From NCBI RefSeq assembly GCF_963676685.1, contig NC_092348.1, positions 9,982,001 through 10,046,000 on the forward strand: DNA of 64,000 bases, read 5' to 3'. Shown here piece after piece: positions 22,581 to 34,629 of the stretch. The position numbers were made by a program, and so were the translations under genes. Positions within the stretch are counted from its first letter, which is position 1. Each line of letters begins with the position of its first letter. Below the pieces are notes generated by a model, which saw only the letters and a list, made by a program, of their open reading frames with translations, was not told the DNA's origin and made no database searches. The stretch is from Mytilus edulis (taxonomy: Eukaryota).

Positions 22581-24350
22581 ATGAGTCTTCACATGATAAC
22601 ACATGCTGTAATGTTTGCTGTCATAGCAACATTAGTAAAGAAATATCTCCAAATTCTTTATCAGCTGGATGATTTACAGGATAGATGTCTGTATGCAGAA
22701 TGGGAGCATTCAAACAAAGCAGATTTAAATACACACAAAACTCAAGATGAATCTCAAAAAAGCAACATGAAATTCAATTCTTTTGAAACATGTCAGTCAA
22801 ATTTGAAAACTCATGTTTGCCATTTTAAAAATCTATGCTATCAGCCAAAAGAAAATTTGTTTGTTTATTTCTATAACAAGGATGAAATCAAATATAGTTC
22901 TATAAACAGAAATAACATTCCATCACTTTCTACTCCAGCTGATTTCACAGGACACAAACTACCACTTACGTTTCTCAGTGAAAACTTTTCATCACAATTC
23001 AGTGTCAGATGGATAAATAAAACAAGTTACATTTTCAATCGCTTCAAGTCCGACAATCTCATGCATGTTATTCATGATGACTTACTACCTTTACATTTCA
23101 CAATGAAACATTTTGAAAACTTGAAATTAAAGATGGCTGCCTTGGATAAATTTGATGCACAGATTGTATTTATGGATGACTGGCCTCCAGGAGATTACAG
23201 AGCATTGTATGAACTTTTTACAAATTATCAACCTCAGTATAAAATAGATTTACAAGGAATTGAACAACAGCATGGTAAAGAAGTACAAGATGGGAGAGAA
23301 CTTGTATGTTTCTCAAGTGCAATAGTCGGTCTTTTAACAGATACTTTATGGTATAATTACGGGTTTATTGGGCCACAGGGCCCTATATTAGACTCCACAG
23401 TTAATGCTCATCAAATTAAATCTACTAGTAACTTTATTTTACATCATCTGGATTCAAATGCTCAACATTCAATAGACTTCATAGTTTTGATATCAAGGAA
23501 AGAAAATCGTAAAATTATGAATGAAGATGATCTAGTCAAAGCAATTTTGCAAGAATTTTCAATGAAAGTTGTAACAATAAGTAGTGAAACACATTCATTA
23601 ACAGATATGATAACACTTGTTTCTAATGCTAAGGGTGTAATAGGAATGCATGGATCCTTGTTAATTCTGGCAATGTTTTTAAAACCAGGGTCTTTCTTAA
23701 TAGAACTCTTTCCATATGCTGTGTCGCCTGTTCAATATACCCCATACAAGACATTAGCCAACATCAAAGGTTTGGAGATAAATTATGCCTCTTGGGAAAA
23801 TACCGATCAGAAATCTACAGTCAGCCATATTGATTATCCATCAGAGCATGGGGGTCTGATGCATTTACAGTCAGAAGTTCAGAAGGAAATTATAAACCAG
23901 GAGAAAGTACCCAAACATTTATGTTGTGATGATCCTTCTTGGCTTTATCATATTTATCAGGACACTTTTGTAGATATCAGTGCAATCTTGAATTTAATCA
24001 AAATAGTCATGAAAAGTGGAAAGATTGCCAATACTAGACATTTTGCATATCTTGAAACACCATCTGAAGTTAGAAATCTCAACTGTAAACTTATAAAGGA
24101 GCAAACATGTTCACTTAATATATCATGGGAAATACCATGGAACATGCAGTTTTTAACTTTTGACAAACTCAACTATGAAATTATTCTTGAGGAGAGTCGT
24201 GCAGAAGCTTCAGTTAAATATGTAACAGACAAATTAAAATTAGAAATACATGACAGAATAGACTGTGAAAAAGATTACATTGTTTGGGGAAAAGCTGTAG
24301 TAGATGGTATGTCTCATGACAATTATATAAGTAAAGATTGTCATAATTAA
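22581..24350 (+). CDS. POMGNT2: Protein O-linked mannose beta-1,4-N-acetylglucosaminyltransferase 2 (GT61 family, C-terminal FN3-like domain)
   Basis: N-terminal hydrophobic anchor; RFKSDNLMHVIHDDLLP, WYNYGF.GPQGP, GMHGSLLILAMFL.PG...IELFPYAV, YTPYKTLA, HLCCDDPSWLYHIYQDT. One large exon after acceptor TTTGCAG| (22570); first ATG at 22581 gives 589 aa. Confidence 0.9.
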   Translation: MSLHMITHAVMFAVIATLVKKYLQILYQLDDLQDRCLYAEWEHSNKADLNTHKTQDESQKSNMKFNSFETCQSNLKTHVCHFKNLCYQPKENLFVYFYNKDEIKYSSINRNNIPSLSTPADFTGHKLPLTFLSENFSSQFSVRWINKTSYIFNRFKSDNLMHVIHDDLLPLHFTMKHFENLKLKMAALDKFDAQIVFMDDWPPGDYRALYELFTNYQPQYKIDLQGIEQQHGKEVQDGRELVCFSSAIVGLLTDTLWYNYGFIGPQGPILDSTVNAHQIKSTSNFILHHLDSNAQHSIDFIVLISRKENRKIMNEDDLVKAILQEFSMKVVTISSETHSLTDMITLVSNAKGVIGMHGSLLILAMFLKPGSFLIELFPYAVSPVQYTPYKTLANIKGLEINYASWENTDQKSTVSHIDYPSEHGGLMHLQSEVQKEIINQEKVPKHLCCDDPSWLYHIYQDTFVDISAILNLIKIVMKSGKIANTRHFAYLETPSEVRNLNCKLIKEQTCSLNISWEIPWNMQFLTFDKLNYEIILEESRAEASVKYVTDKLKLEIHDRIDCEKDYIVWGKAVVDGMSHDNYISKDCHN

Positions 24351-26980
24351 TGTGAAATGTAAATTTCATGGATACACTTGTTTTTCTTTCCTAGTCTTGT
24401 CATTGCTTGTTTTATATGTTCTGTTTATTTATTTTTTTGTGAATATTGTCACAACAATGTTTTGGAAGATTTATACAATGTGTTAATTATTTATTTTTAT
24501 TATTTATTAAATCTTTGAATGTAATTGTTTTCAAGAATGATTAAAAGAACAGTGCAATACAAACAACATATGCTTACAATGACATGTTACAATTTGATAT
24601 TTAAAATCCAAGGGGCTTAATTATGCTGAAAAATTCTGAAATAGATGATTTGTCTCCCTTTTAGAATTAAATCTGATGACTAACTATATCTGTGATGAAC
24701 TGCTGATAGCTGTAATGAGAACTATGTCTGTAATATATTTATTAAATAGAAGAAGCTTTTGCTTAAATTGGTATAATTCATTTGTATATATCAAAAATTC
24801 TAAAAATTCAGAATTTTTTTTGGGTGTTTTTACTTTTAATCCATACAAGTAGTTCAAGATGCAATAAATCCGATTTTTATGATTGATTGCATTTTGTTTG
24901 ATTAACCTCTGATGGTGAATATTTCATACATACTCAGGACAAGAGTTAAATCTATAACAAGGTTCTGCAAAGTGTGTAGAATTGGATGAAGTACAGGTAA
25001 ATAAGACTTTCAGGGGCTGAAATTTTGACTGGCAAAATTTTACCTTTGCGCAAAAGTTGCTTTACGTGCACAGAGCGTGGCATTTTGAATCCAGTATTTG
25101 CCAAATATAATAACTGATAAAATACAATTATGTTTAAAAATGGATATTCTACTTTTTGTGAGGTAGTGTCTGTGGTAGTAGTAAATGGGGATGGGAGGAA
25201 TTTTGCCTGCCCCTTACACTCGCACACTCACATTTCTTGCATATTTTTTTTTACTTAAGATAAAAACATTAAAAATGAAAAGTCCACTCCTTGGCCTGTG
25301 CAGGTTATATTTCTTGCTTCACTTTTAAGACCAAAGAATATTTTATAAAGCAAAGGAGAGGGTTTCTAATTATAGACATTGCAAGGTGTGTGTGTTATAC
25401 TAACTGGGAAAGAGATTTTTTTAAGTGTGGATGAAAAGCCATGTGATGCTATTAGATTTAGCACTTTCCAATCTGTTTCTAAGTAAGGGGATAAACATTG
25501 ACTTTAAGTGGTGGGCTTGGAGGTAAATTAAATGTTTCTGGGCATCTTTTGAGACTTGACAATTTTTCCTCTTTCAAATCTGGAGCATTCATGACACTAG
25601 TAGTTTATTGCTATCAAAGATAAAGGATAGTCAATACTGTCAGAATAAAAAGTTTCAAGCTGTTCTTGAAAAAGAAGTGTTTTGCTAACTGATCAAATTA
25701 GTTTAAACTCGTAAATGGGGAAAATGGAAATGCTATGGTTATACCCCCGAGGAAATGGAAGTTTGGACACTTGAATGGTTCTTGTGGTTGTTTGATGCGA
25801 TCAAAACCAGTGGTGTTTTTCTTTACCATAGCAATGTTATGATGGAAGGAGGGATGTAGTGTTGTGTGCAATATCCAAAGAGCTTATAATATGTACAGTG
25901 TTGGCAACATGTTAATACAAGAGAATATCATGAATATATAAGATATGAGCTATACACAGAAAATAAGACATCTTGAGGGTAACATACAGCTTTCATATGT
26001 CAAGCTATAAATCGTCGTTAGTCCAAAAGGAACAAAGTCCAAATTAACACATTGGATACCTATTGGTGACGCTGTTGTCTGTTCTATGGTCAGGTTGTTG
26101 TCTCTTTGGCACATTCCCCATTTCTATTCTTAATTTTACAACGAGTTACTTGCTCAGTGTACAATGACAAATGTTTCATGCATTGTTAGGACGAGAACAA
26201 ATTAAAATAATTGATATGATGGGCAGGTTTGCACAGGAGGTGGACAGGAATGAAGGGCGCAAAAATTTGACTGGCACCAGCTAATGAGAATATGTTGGAT
26301 GAGGGTGGGGGGGAGGGGGGGCTAGACATTCGGCCTCCTTACAATATTTTCTACATCCCCTTTCCCCAAAGATCTTTTTCGCAAAATTCAAAACTCCATA
26401 TATCAAAAGAACAGAGCTGCGTAAATTATGTATATACATTCCACATACATTCACAGAGCCAAGCAAACGACTGATATACCAAGTCGGTTTTACTGCTGGA
26501 AGGACGTTGTTGGTAATTTTTCTATTTCTAAATTAAGGCAAATGTAGTATGCCTTTGTTCAATAGTCATCAATCGATTTAGTTGAATTGAATTTAGCTGA
26601 AACATCTCCGGGTGACGGTCACACACCAAAACTGAGTCTTATTCAACGCTTAGCGGGTCTTACACTTTCACGCTCACTTTTAGTGTATATATATGATAGT
26701 CCTTGTTGGATCTCAAAAATCTATACCTCCTCACAAAATTTCCAACGTTACCTTTCTTCAAAAAGTTTTTGCAAAATTGTAAACTTCATATACCAACCGA
26801 ACGTAGCTGCGTATTTACAGATCCTGTAGAGCCAAACACATGCCCGATTTAGCTAGTGTTTTCTGCTGGAAGGACGTTCAAGGTGATAATTTTTCTATTT
26901 CTACAAGTCAACAATTTGGGTCTTAGACTATTACACTTATTATTAGTTTGATAGTCATAGTTGGGGTCTTAAAAGCTAAA

Positions 26981-27434
26981 CACAGGCAAAATTTACTCAC
27001 ATGAAATTCACATGAAAAATTTCACGCGAGATTCACCTCAACCGAGCTTATACATGAAACTCACGTGAAAATTTTCATGTGAATTTCACGTGAATTGAGA
27101 TTCACATGAATCTGATGTGAAATTTTTCACATGAATTTCACGTGAAATTTACAACAAAATGTTTTAATATTTTTCATGATTTTGATTAAATTTAAAAATT
27201 TAGATGTTATTTGAAATACTCTATTTTAAAAATTCATGTGAATTTCACATGAAAAAATATACGTGATTTTCATGTGAAATTCACATGAGTTTCACATGAG
27301 ATTCACATGAAACTCACAAAAACTGATTTCACGTGAGTTTCACGTATAAGCTCGTTTGAGGTGAAATTCATTTCACGTGAGATTCACATGAATTAAATTT
27401 AACGTGAAATTGATGTGAGTGCAATTTGCCTGTG
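26981..27434. mobile_element. Foldback MITE with CAC...GTG termini and many TTCAC(A/G)TGA repeats
   Basis: TIR CACAGGCAAAATTTACTCACAT / ATGTGAGTGCAATTTGCCTGTG; internal IR around CACCTCAACCGAGCTTATAC. Confidence 0.8.
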
Positions 27435-29491
27435 TACATCATGGAAATCACGGAAAGTAATCAGAAAATTATATATTCATAGAGCAGTATTGTGTTTAAC
27501 TATGGCAAAGCAAACGATCCCAACACGTCTGCCTGTCATTCGTTCGTCATATCTGTATTCATAACTTGAACATTTTAATTCCTTGGTTATGCAAACCACA
27601 ATAACACGACATTCTCATCCTGATGTAGTACATGTAATATTTTCCACTGCACGAATTGATTATAAGTGGACCGTGCATGCACACTATAAGTCAATCGATC
27701 AAATAAACAATTCCTATTGTTTTGGTATGCTGTGTTTAAATTTAAAACTTTCGTACATACGTATTATATATCAGATTGCAGTATTCTAGGAAATATGAAA
27801 ATTTGCACTCTCCAATATAAAAGACTTTCTGCTATCATTTCCAAAGGGCTGCTCCTATACCCTTACTATTGATATTGTTACGATACCTCAAAGTCCGGAG
27901 CGACACTTTCTTTCCAACAGAACTATTTAAACAAGACCCATTTAAATTAAAGCGACTGTTGAAAGTTAATCACGTTTGGCTGCATGTTCGTGACTGGATA
28001 TTATACAGGTTAACGTCATAGACGTTACCATTCGCCACGACCCCACAACTTTTAAAGTAATGAAGCAGAGCGTACACAATCTTTTGTAGGGGTATGTATT
28101 ATTCTCTCTATTCTAATGCTCGCATGTGTTAGATGAAATTCTACTGGCGATGTATGCGATATTTGCCCCTGGACGTTACGTAGAAAAATAAATCGAACTG
28201 TTGAGGTAATATATTGAAGGAAATATCGACCCGAGCCATCTATTTCTTATGTCCAAAAAATATGAAAACTGCAAACAGGAACTGCAAGAATCATTCTCAA
28301 TGCGTAACACGAGATTTCGTCAATTAAACAGTTTAGATAATTTGTTTGGCTCACCGTCGGCTTATTAGAAATGAATAATATATAGAGCGGTATATAATTA
28401 ACAATTATGATCCAAATGAGGTATGTGATATTTTTTTCAAATCGTTTTGTCAACATTATTTTAATTTTAAATCATATATGCAAATAGAAATATGGTGTAA
28501 ATCGACCAAAATTAAACTTTATGACGAAAATGTGTCCTTATCCAGACATATTAAATCTTAATGCACCATCTTCCCATATAGCTTGCTCGTCAGCATACTA
28601 AGTAACCAACATTGCCCAAGGAGGTGTTACCCTTGAAAAATTATGTGTATACATGTATTAGATTATACGCTTCAGTTCGGGTGTTTTTTTTGTCATAAAG
28701 AATGACTAAACAAAATCAGATTGATTAAACTTGAGCTGATTACAAAAAAAATGCCAAAATAAAAATATCTTGTACCTTTACTCCCCATGAGGGTTTTGCA
28801 TGGTCGGATATCATTCATAGCAAAAGAGATCAGTGTAGACAGTTAAACCCTTGATCGTCCGTCCGTCCATCCATCCAATCCATTTTTAAAACTTATATAC
28901 ACAATGCTCAGAACTACAACTCACATGTCCAACAAAGAAAATTTAATATTCAATATCAAAGTAGAAAAAAAGTACATCAGATGAAGTTTCATCGTTTTAT
29001 TTCATAACCAATACCGGTAATTGATTGTTGTAGTCTGGCCTAGGGAAGTCGACGAAGACGAGACGTTGGTGTATTGTATGCAGTTGGTGTATTGTATGCA
29101 GTTGTGTTATCATTGGAATAACATATGATTTCACGACAATTACCTAGCCCGAAACTTGTAGTCAAGGGACATTGACTGAATACTTTGCATACATTCCATG
29201 TTCAGGTATATATTACCATTTAAACATGTGTATTATACAACAAATATTGCATACAAGCGAGACATAACTCTGTGTCAACAGTTTATCAATGATTAGTGGC
29301 AATTATTAATTCATATGTAAATCTAATACGAATAAACCTTTTTTTTTTGTTTTAGAACCACCGGGCTGAGTCATATTTGAACGTGCTAGTTCACGTAGTA
29401 TACAACTCGCAGGAAGACTTGTTGTCCTGTTTGTCGGGTTACTTAAGTCGAACTCAGAGCTGGACAGTCTTCGCTCTTATACATGTATCCC

Positions 29492-29724
29492 TAGTCCAGC
29501 CCTGGCCTCAGTGACTCATTTTTTGTTTTGATTTTGTTTTTGTCACGGAGTCCAGCTTTACCATTTGTGATACATTTTTCGTACTTGAGCGCTCTGGCAT
29601 TGTCTCTATCGTCCCCGGGTAATCTACCCGGGAGCTTGCACCATTGAAGGTAACGGAGTGCGAGCTGGACTCAGTGACAACAAATTTTTTTTTTAAATGA
29701 GTCACTGAGGCCAGGGCTGGACTA
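29492..29724. mobile_element. MITE with TAG...CTA termini (Academ-like, inferred)
   Basis: Perfect TIR of about 30 bp, TAGTCCAGCCCTGGCCTCAGTGACTCATTT; flanking direct repeat TACATGTATCCC (29480-29491, 29725-29736). Confidence 0.85.
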
Positions 29725-29913
29725 TACATGTATCCCTAAAAGATGTGTTTGAGTCGAAACAAAAAATATCAAATTTTAACATATGCAAATGCCAGAGGTA
29801 AAGAACCAACACCTCCTGCAGTCCAGCAGGTTGCTCCTTTTCCCCTTAGAAAGCATTACCAAAACAAAACTCCACAGGTGGTCATTTATGACAAAAAAAC
29901 AGTATGTAAACTG

Positions 29914-30075
29914 ATGCTGTGTTCACACGTAAATCGAATTCGATTCACATTAACTAATTCGAATTAGTTTAACGTCAATTCTAATTCGAATTACAATGCG
30001 CGTCGATTCGCTTTACTGTCCTAACGACGTTTATAACTTTTCGATTCGAATTTAATGTTCGTGTGAACGAGGCAT
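29914..30075. mobile_element. Small MITE with TCGAAT repeats
   Basis: ATGCTGTGTTCACACG / CGTGTGAACGAGGCAT imperfect TIR. Confidence 0.55.
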
Positions 30076-30311
30076 TCGAAAGTCCTTCCGATTTAAAGTT
30101 ACTGTCCCTTGCTTGACATAGGCCAGCACATAACAAGGTTGAGATGACAGTCTGAGTGGATTTTTTTTATATTGATGTACTAGTATTATTTGACCACTAA
30201 CCAGACGATTGATATAGTAATGAATCAAAAGCTAGTGTGCAAAGTATAATTTCACTATTTATTGTTTTATTTTAGATTTACGACCTTTATAGCCAGATTT
30301 AATCAATAGAA

Positions 30312-30433
30312 ATGGGAGTGCTTGAGATTCCTACCGACGAAACAGCTTTAAGGCAAGAGGTTGAAACTTTCATTGATGAAAACGGAAGAATTGATATGCA
30401 AGCCATGAAAGACAAAGGTTACATGGAAGATCA
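30312..30433 (+). CDS. Uncharacterized protein, coding exon 1
   Basis: Acceptor TTTAG| at ~30275, ATG 30312, MGVLEIPTDETALRQEVETFIDENGRIDMQAMKDKGYMED, donor CA|GTAAGT (phase 2), in frame with the exon at 32065. Confidence 0.7.
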
Positions 30434-30599
30434 GTAAGTAAACAACATTTTCATTTATTTTTTTTCTCTCCAACAGCGTTAATCATTATCCAGGAAAACT
30501 CTCAAGATTGTGATTATCTATACATTATATGACTTACTTTCAAATAGAATAGAAAAACAAAGGATATGGGATATTCATCCATGACACAAAAGCAGTTTG

Positions 30600-31270
30600 A
30601 AGATATAAGAAGATGTGGTATGAGTGCCAATGAGACAACTCTCCATCCAAGTCACAATCAGTTATAAAAGTAAACCATTATAGGTCATAGTACGGTCTTC
30701 AACACGGAGCCTTGGCTCACACCGAACTGCAAGCTATAAAAGGTGCCCCAAAAAATTACTAGTGTAAAACCGTTCAAACGGGTAAACCAACTAACTAATC
30801 TATATAAAAAACGTGAAACGAGAAAACTTATGAACCACATCAACAAACGACAACTACTGAACATCAGATTCCTAACTTAACTCTCAACTTGAGACCAAAT
30901 TACACAGACATTAACAAGTTCTATAGGTCACCGTACGGCATATAATGAGCAAATCCCATACCGGATAGTCAGCTAAAAAAGGCACAGAAATAACAAATGT
31001 AAAACAACTTAAACGAGAAAACTAACGGCCTAATTCATGTCCAACAATATGAACGAAAAACAAATATGCATGTAACACATCAACAAACGACAACCACTGA
31101 AATACAATATCCTGACTCGGGACAGGCACATGCATACAGAATGTTACGGGGTTAAACATGTTAGCAGTATCCCAACCCTCCCCCTAACATGGGCCATTGG
31201 TGTAACAGTACAACATAAGTACGAACTATAAAAATCAGTTGAAAAGGCTTAACTCATCAGATGGATACAA
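30600..31270 (-). mobile_element. Two adjacent non-autonomous retroposon copies (family ending GAGAGTTGTCTCATTGGC..TCATACCACATCTTCT)
   Basis: The same 3' tail recurs at ~3910-4020, ~34290-34375, ~50190-50275, ~53360-53392, ~56350-56430 and ~60790-60870. Confidence 0.7.
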
Positions 31271-32064
31271 ATAGAATGCATGTCCAAAGTTTGGAACCTC
31301 GCCAATGGTGACTCTATTCGTATCCTAATATTCATCAGTCTTTTGAAAGGCACTTTGTTAATGAAAGTTATTTGATAGATATACTACATGTTGAGATTCG
31401 GACGATTCAGAAATCGATATTTTAAAATAACTTGTTTGATATTCACACTGATCTATTGTTGAGAACTTATGGTTGCCATATAGAAAATGCTTCTGATTTC
31501 ATGGTGAAGAGTTAAGTACTATCTTATCAGTATAGTTCCGGTTCAATTGTTAGGGTAACACACATTAGCATGCAACTTTCATGGAATACCGCTTTCAAAA
31601 TGGAGATTTTTTTTCTGAAAAATGAACACTTTATAAATTTCGTGCCCCCGATCAGCTTTTCTGGATTTATCTTCATCAGGAAAGCCAGGGATGTGTAATT
31701 ACTTTAGGTGCTATGTGACAAAACAGGACTTTTAGATTAGACAAACAACCATATTTCTTTAGGTTAACTTGAACTCACCTTAAGCAGCACGTAGTTCTGA
31801 GTGGTTGTCGTTGCAAATGGTTCATGACTGTTATATTTGTTATCATAAATTGTTTTATTATAATTTAAGCCGCAAGTTTTCTATTTGAATTGTTTCACTT
31901 TTTCATGTTATAGCCTTTGATAGCCGACAATACAGTTTTGATGTACGTATTCAAGGTCGTACAGTTGTTAATAAGTTCGTCCTCTTCATCTGAACCCAGG
32001 TGCATACTTGTCACATTGGAAATCATACAACATCTCATAACTTTTATATTTTCATCTTTTTCAG

Positions 32065-33682
32065 GATATATGACATAATGAATGCATATTTTATTGCAAC
32101 GGCCAGGGTTTTAGCAGCTTACAGGAGAGATAGAAAGGCACAGGACACTATGCTGAAGATGTTACAAGATAAAATCCAACTTCATGAAGAAAAAATCATT
32201 TGTGCTGATAAATACATGTCATATTTATGTGACGTAAAATCTACCCAAAAAATCAATAATAATCTATACACTAAAGTAGAAGAAAATATGTCAAGATGCA
32301 GCGATAAAAAAGATGTTCATGACGGAAATATAACTGATGAGGAGAAAAATATTCGTCACTCGCCAAGTGCTCCGGATTTATCACCTTCAAAGTATTTTAA
32401 CAGTTTCTCAGTCGAACCAACTGTAAGGGAGACTAAATCGTCCCACAACATATTCCCAGAAACTATAGCAAACACCATTCCAAATGAAAAGGAGGAAAGC
32501 ATTGAAATTGACCGGCGAATACCAACTCCTTACCCCAGTGCACGCAATTATGACCGCTTCCCTCAACCAAATAGAAACTCTTCTTATACAACTGAGCTGG
32601 TTACCAAACAAGACACAACACGACGAAGGAAACAAATACAACAGTGTAGAAAAACGAATACACCCTGCAGTCATAATACTGGACAATTGAAAAAAGTCAT
32701 TAATCAGTATGAAGACATTTTAGGGTTATCAACTAATTTGAAAACCGATGGCGTTTCTGATGAGATCGATTTTGTGGAAGATAGGTCAGAAGATACGCTT
32801 TCAAACGGTGATGTTACTCTAGAAAGTGTTTGTGTAGATGATAGGTCAGAAGACATTGTGACCATCGATGCTGATACTCTGGAGAGAGGTCATTTAGATG
32901 ACAGATCGAAAGACACTTTGCCCAACAATAATATAACTCTTGAAAGCGCCGGTCTTGCCACGCCAGGGATTACTATATCCATTACAAGTGATGCGTCATC
33001 ATCAGTGAGTAGTTGTTGTCAGGATTATGTCCAAGTTAATGTAGACGAGATCATAAAACTGTCCACACATACATCAAGAAACGAGGCTGATTCTCGCACC
33101 AGTTTTCAAACTGTGTCGCAATCACATGTCGACCGTCAAAGTAACCAGTCACAAACAACCATTGTGTCGAAATCGTCTTGTTTGTCTAGCGCTGTGGCCA
33201 GTTTAAAATCATCGTCCGTGTCTGTTCAGGTAACAAGTAACAGTTCCAAGACTCACTCACAATCAACTGTCAACTTTCAGAGTAGCCAATCACAAACAAC
33301 CACTGTGACAAAATCAACAGTCGACAGTCAAAGTAACCAATCACAAACAGCTACTCAGTCGGGATCGCCTTGTTTTTCTAACATGGTAACCAGATTAAAG
33401 TCTTCTTCAATGTGTTATACATCAGCACCCTCTATGTTTACAGCTGATAAATCGTTACAGAGGTCGTTTTCATCAGAGAGCCATAAGATGAGTCATTTTT
33501 CGATAGAATGTGTCCGGATACACCAATCTATGCCAGGTGACAAGAGCAGCCAATCAGATGTATCCATATACTGCGCGAATAATGAACTGCCAACCAATAG
33601 CCAGGGTGACATTTCTCAAACTTCGAACGTAGAATCAAGTGCTTCAGAGAACAGTGACGAGTTTTCAGATTCAATGGTATAG
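32065..33682 (+). CDS. Uncharacterized Ser/Thr-rich protein, coding exon 2 (spliced product 579 aa)
   Basis: Acceptor TTTTCAG| at 32064; 1.6-kb open frame in AT-rich DNA; internal repeats (E/D)DRS(E/K)D x3 and QS(N/S)QSQT x3. No recognised domain. Confidence 0.75.
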
Positions 33683-34629
33683 ATACAGATGAGCCGGTCC
33701 ATATTTGATAAACTGATAATTTTATTGTTATTATGTAATATGTTAATTTATGTCTAAATATATATCCTGATACTAGAATGTTATAGTCGCCATAATGATA
33801 TTCATAACCGTACAGTTTGAAGTGCTTAACATCGCCAGTAAGAAACGACACTTTTGTTGGTTTTTTTTATTTCACGATGTCCAGGTTTGTTAAGTTGTTT
33901 CCTTGTTGGCATTTACTAAACTTCCTCGTTATCATCTAGATAACTTTGATGCATTAGGATTCATTAGATTTAGATGTCTTCGAATTGAGGATCTAATTTG
34001 TAATCTAAAGATCATCAATTAGTTGTAATCGTAGTCGTAGTACTGTTTAATGCTTAAATTATTAATTTAAAGGTTCTGGGGCTTTGCATTTATTAAAATA
34101 AGTACTCTGTAACTGTGCATAATGAACCAACATATCATGGTGTGTTTGTTAGTGAGTTTTTGATATGCCATTGACCTTATTTGTATGCTTCAATTGAGGC
34201 AAAAACCTTCTATGGGATAGTACATTAAATCCATTGAATGTTGGATGTGTGCTTGTTGATATTTTCGTCGTAGATACATGATTTTTTTTAAGTTGTTAAC
34301 TTCTGTGTCATTTGGTATCTGGTTGAGAGTTGTTCTGTAATTGGGAATCATACCGTGCACGTCTTTTTTTTTTATATTGAATTTTCTTTTATCAAACGTT
34401 GTTTGCCGTTTATTATTAGTAATTTTCCTTTTAGCATTGGTAGCAAGGTTAATCAAATCTTGTTCTCTATTTCATATTCCAATTGTCATCATTTTTAGTA
34501 ATGTCCAATTCTAAGGTACTAGTAATATAAGTTTATATGATGCCGAGAGTAATGATTTTGCCTTAAAGACTTCAGCCTAAATTTCAATCATTATAGGCAT
34601 TTAAAAAGCATTTCGGTGTGTGTCCACAC

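Noticed and set aside
31232-31265. Hammerhead ribozyme
   Set aside because: CUGAUGA and a stem are present, but they are followed by UGAU instead of GAAA, and there is no stem III or cleavage triplet.
32000-32064. ORF-track N-terminus of the 560-aa ORF
   Set aside because: Intronic repeat tail and polypyrimidine tract before the acceptor at 32064.
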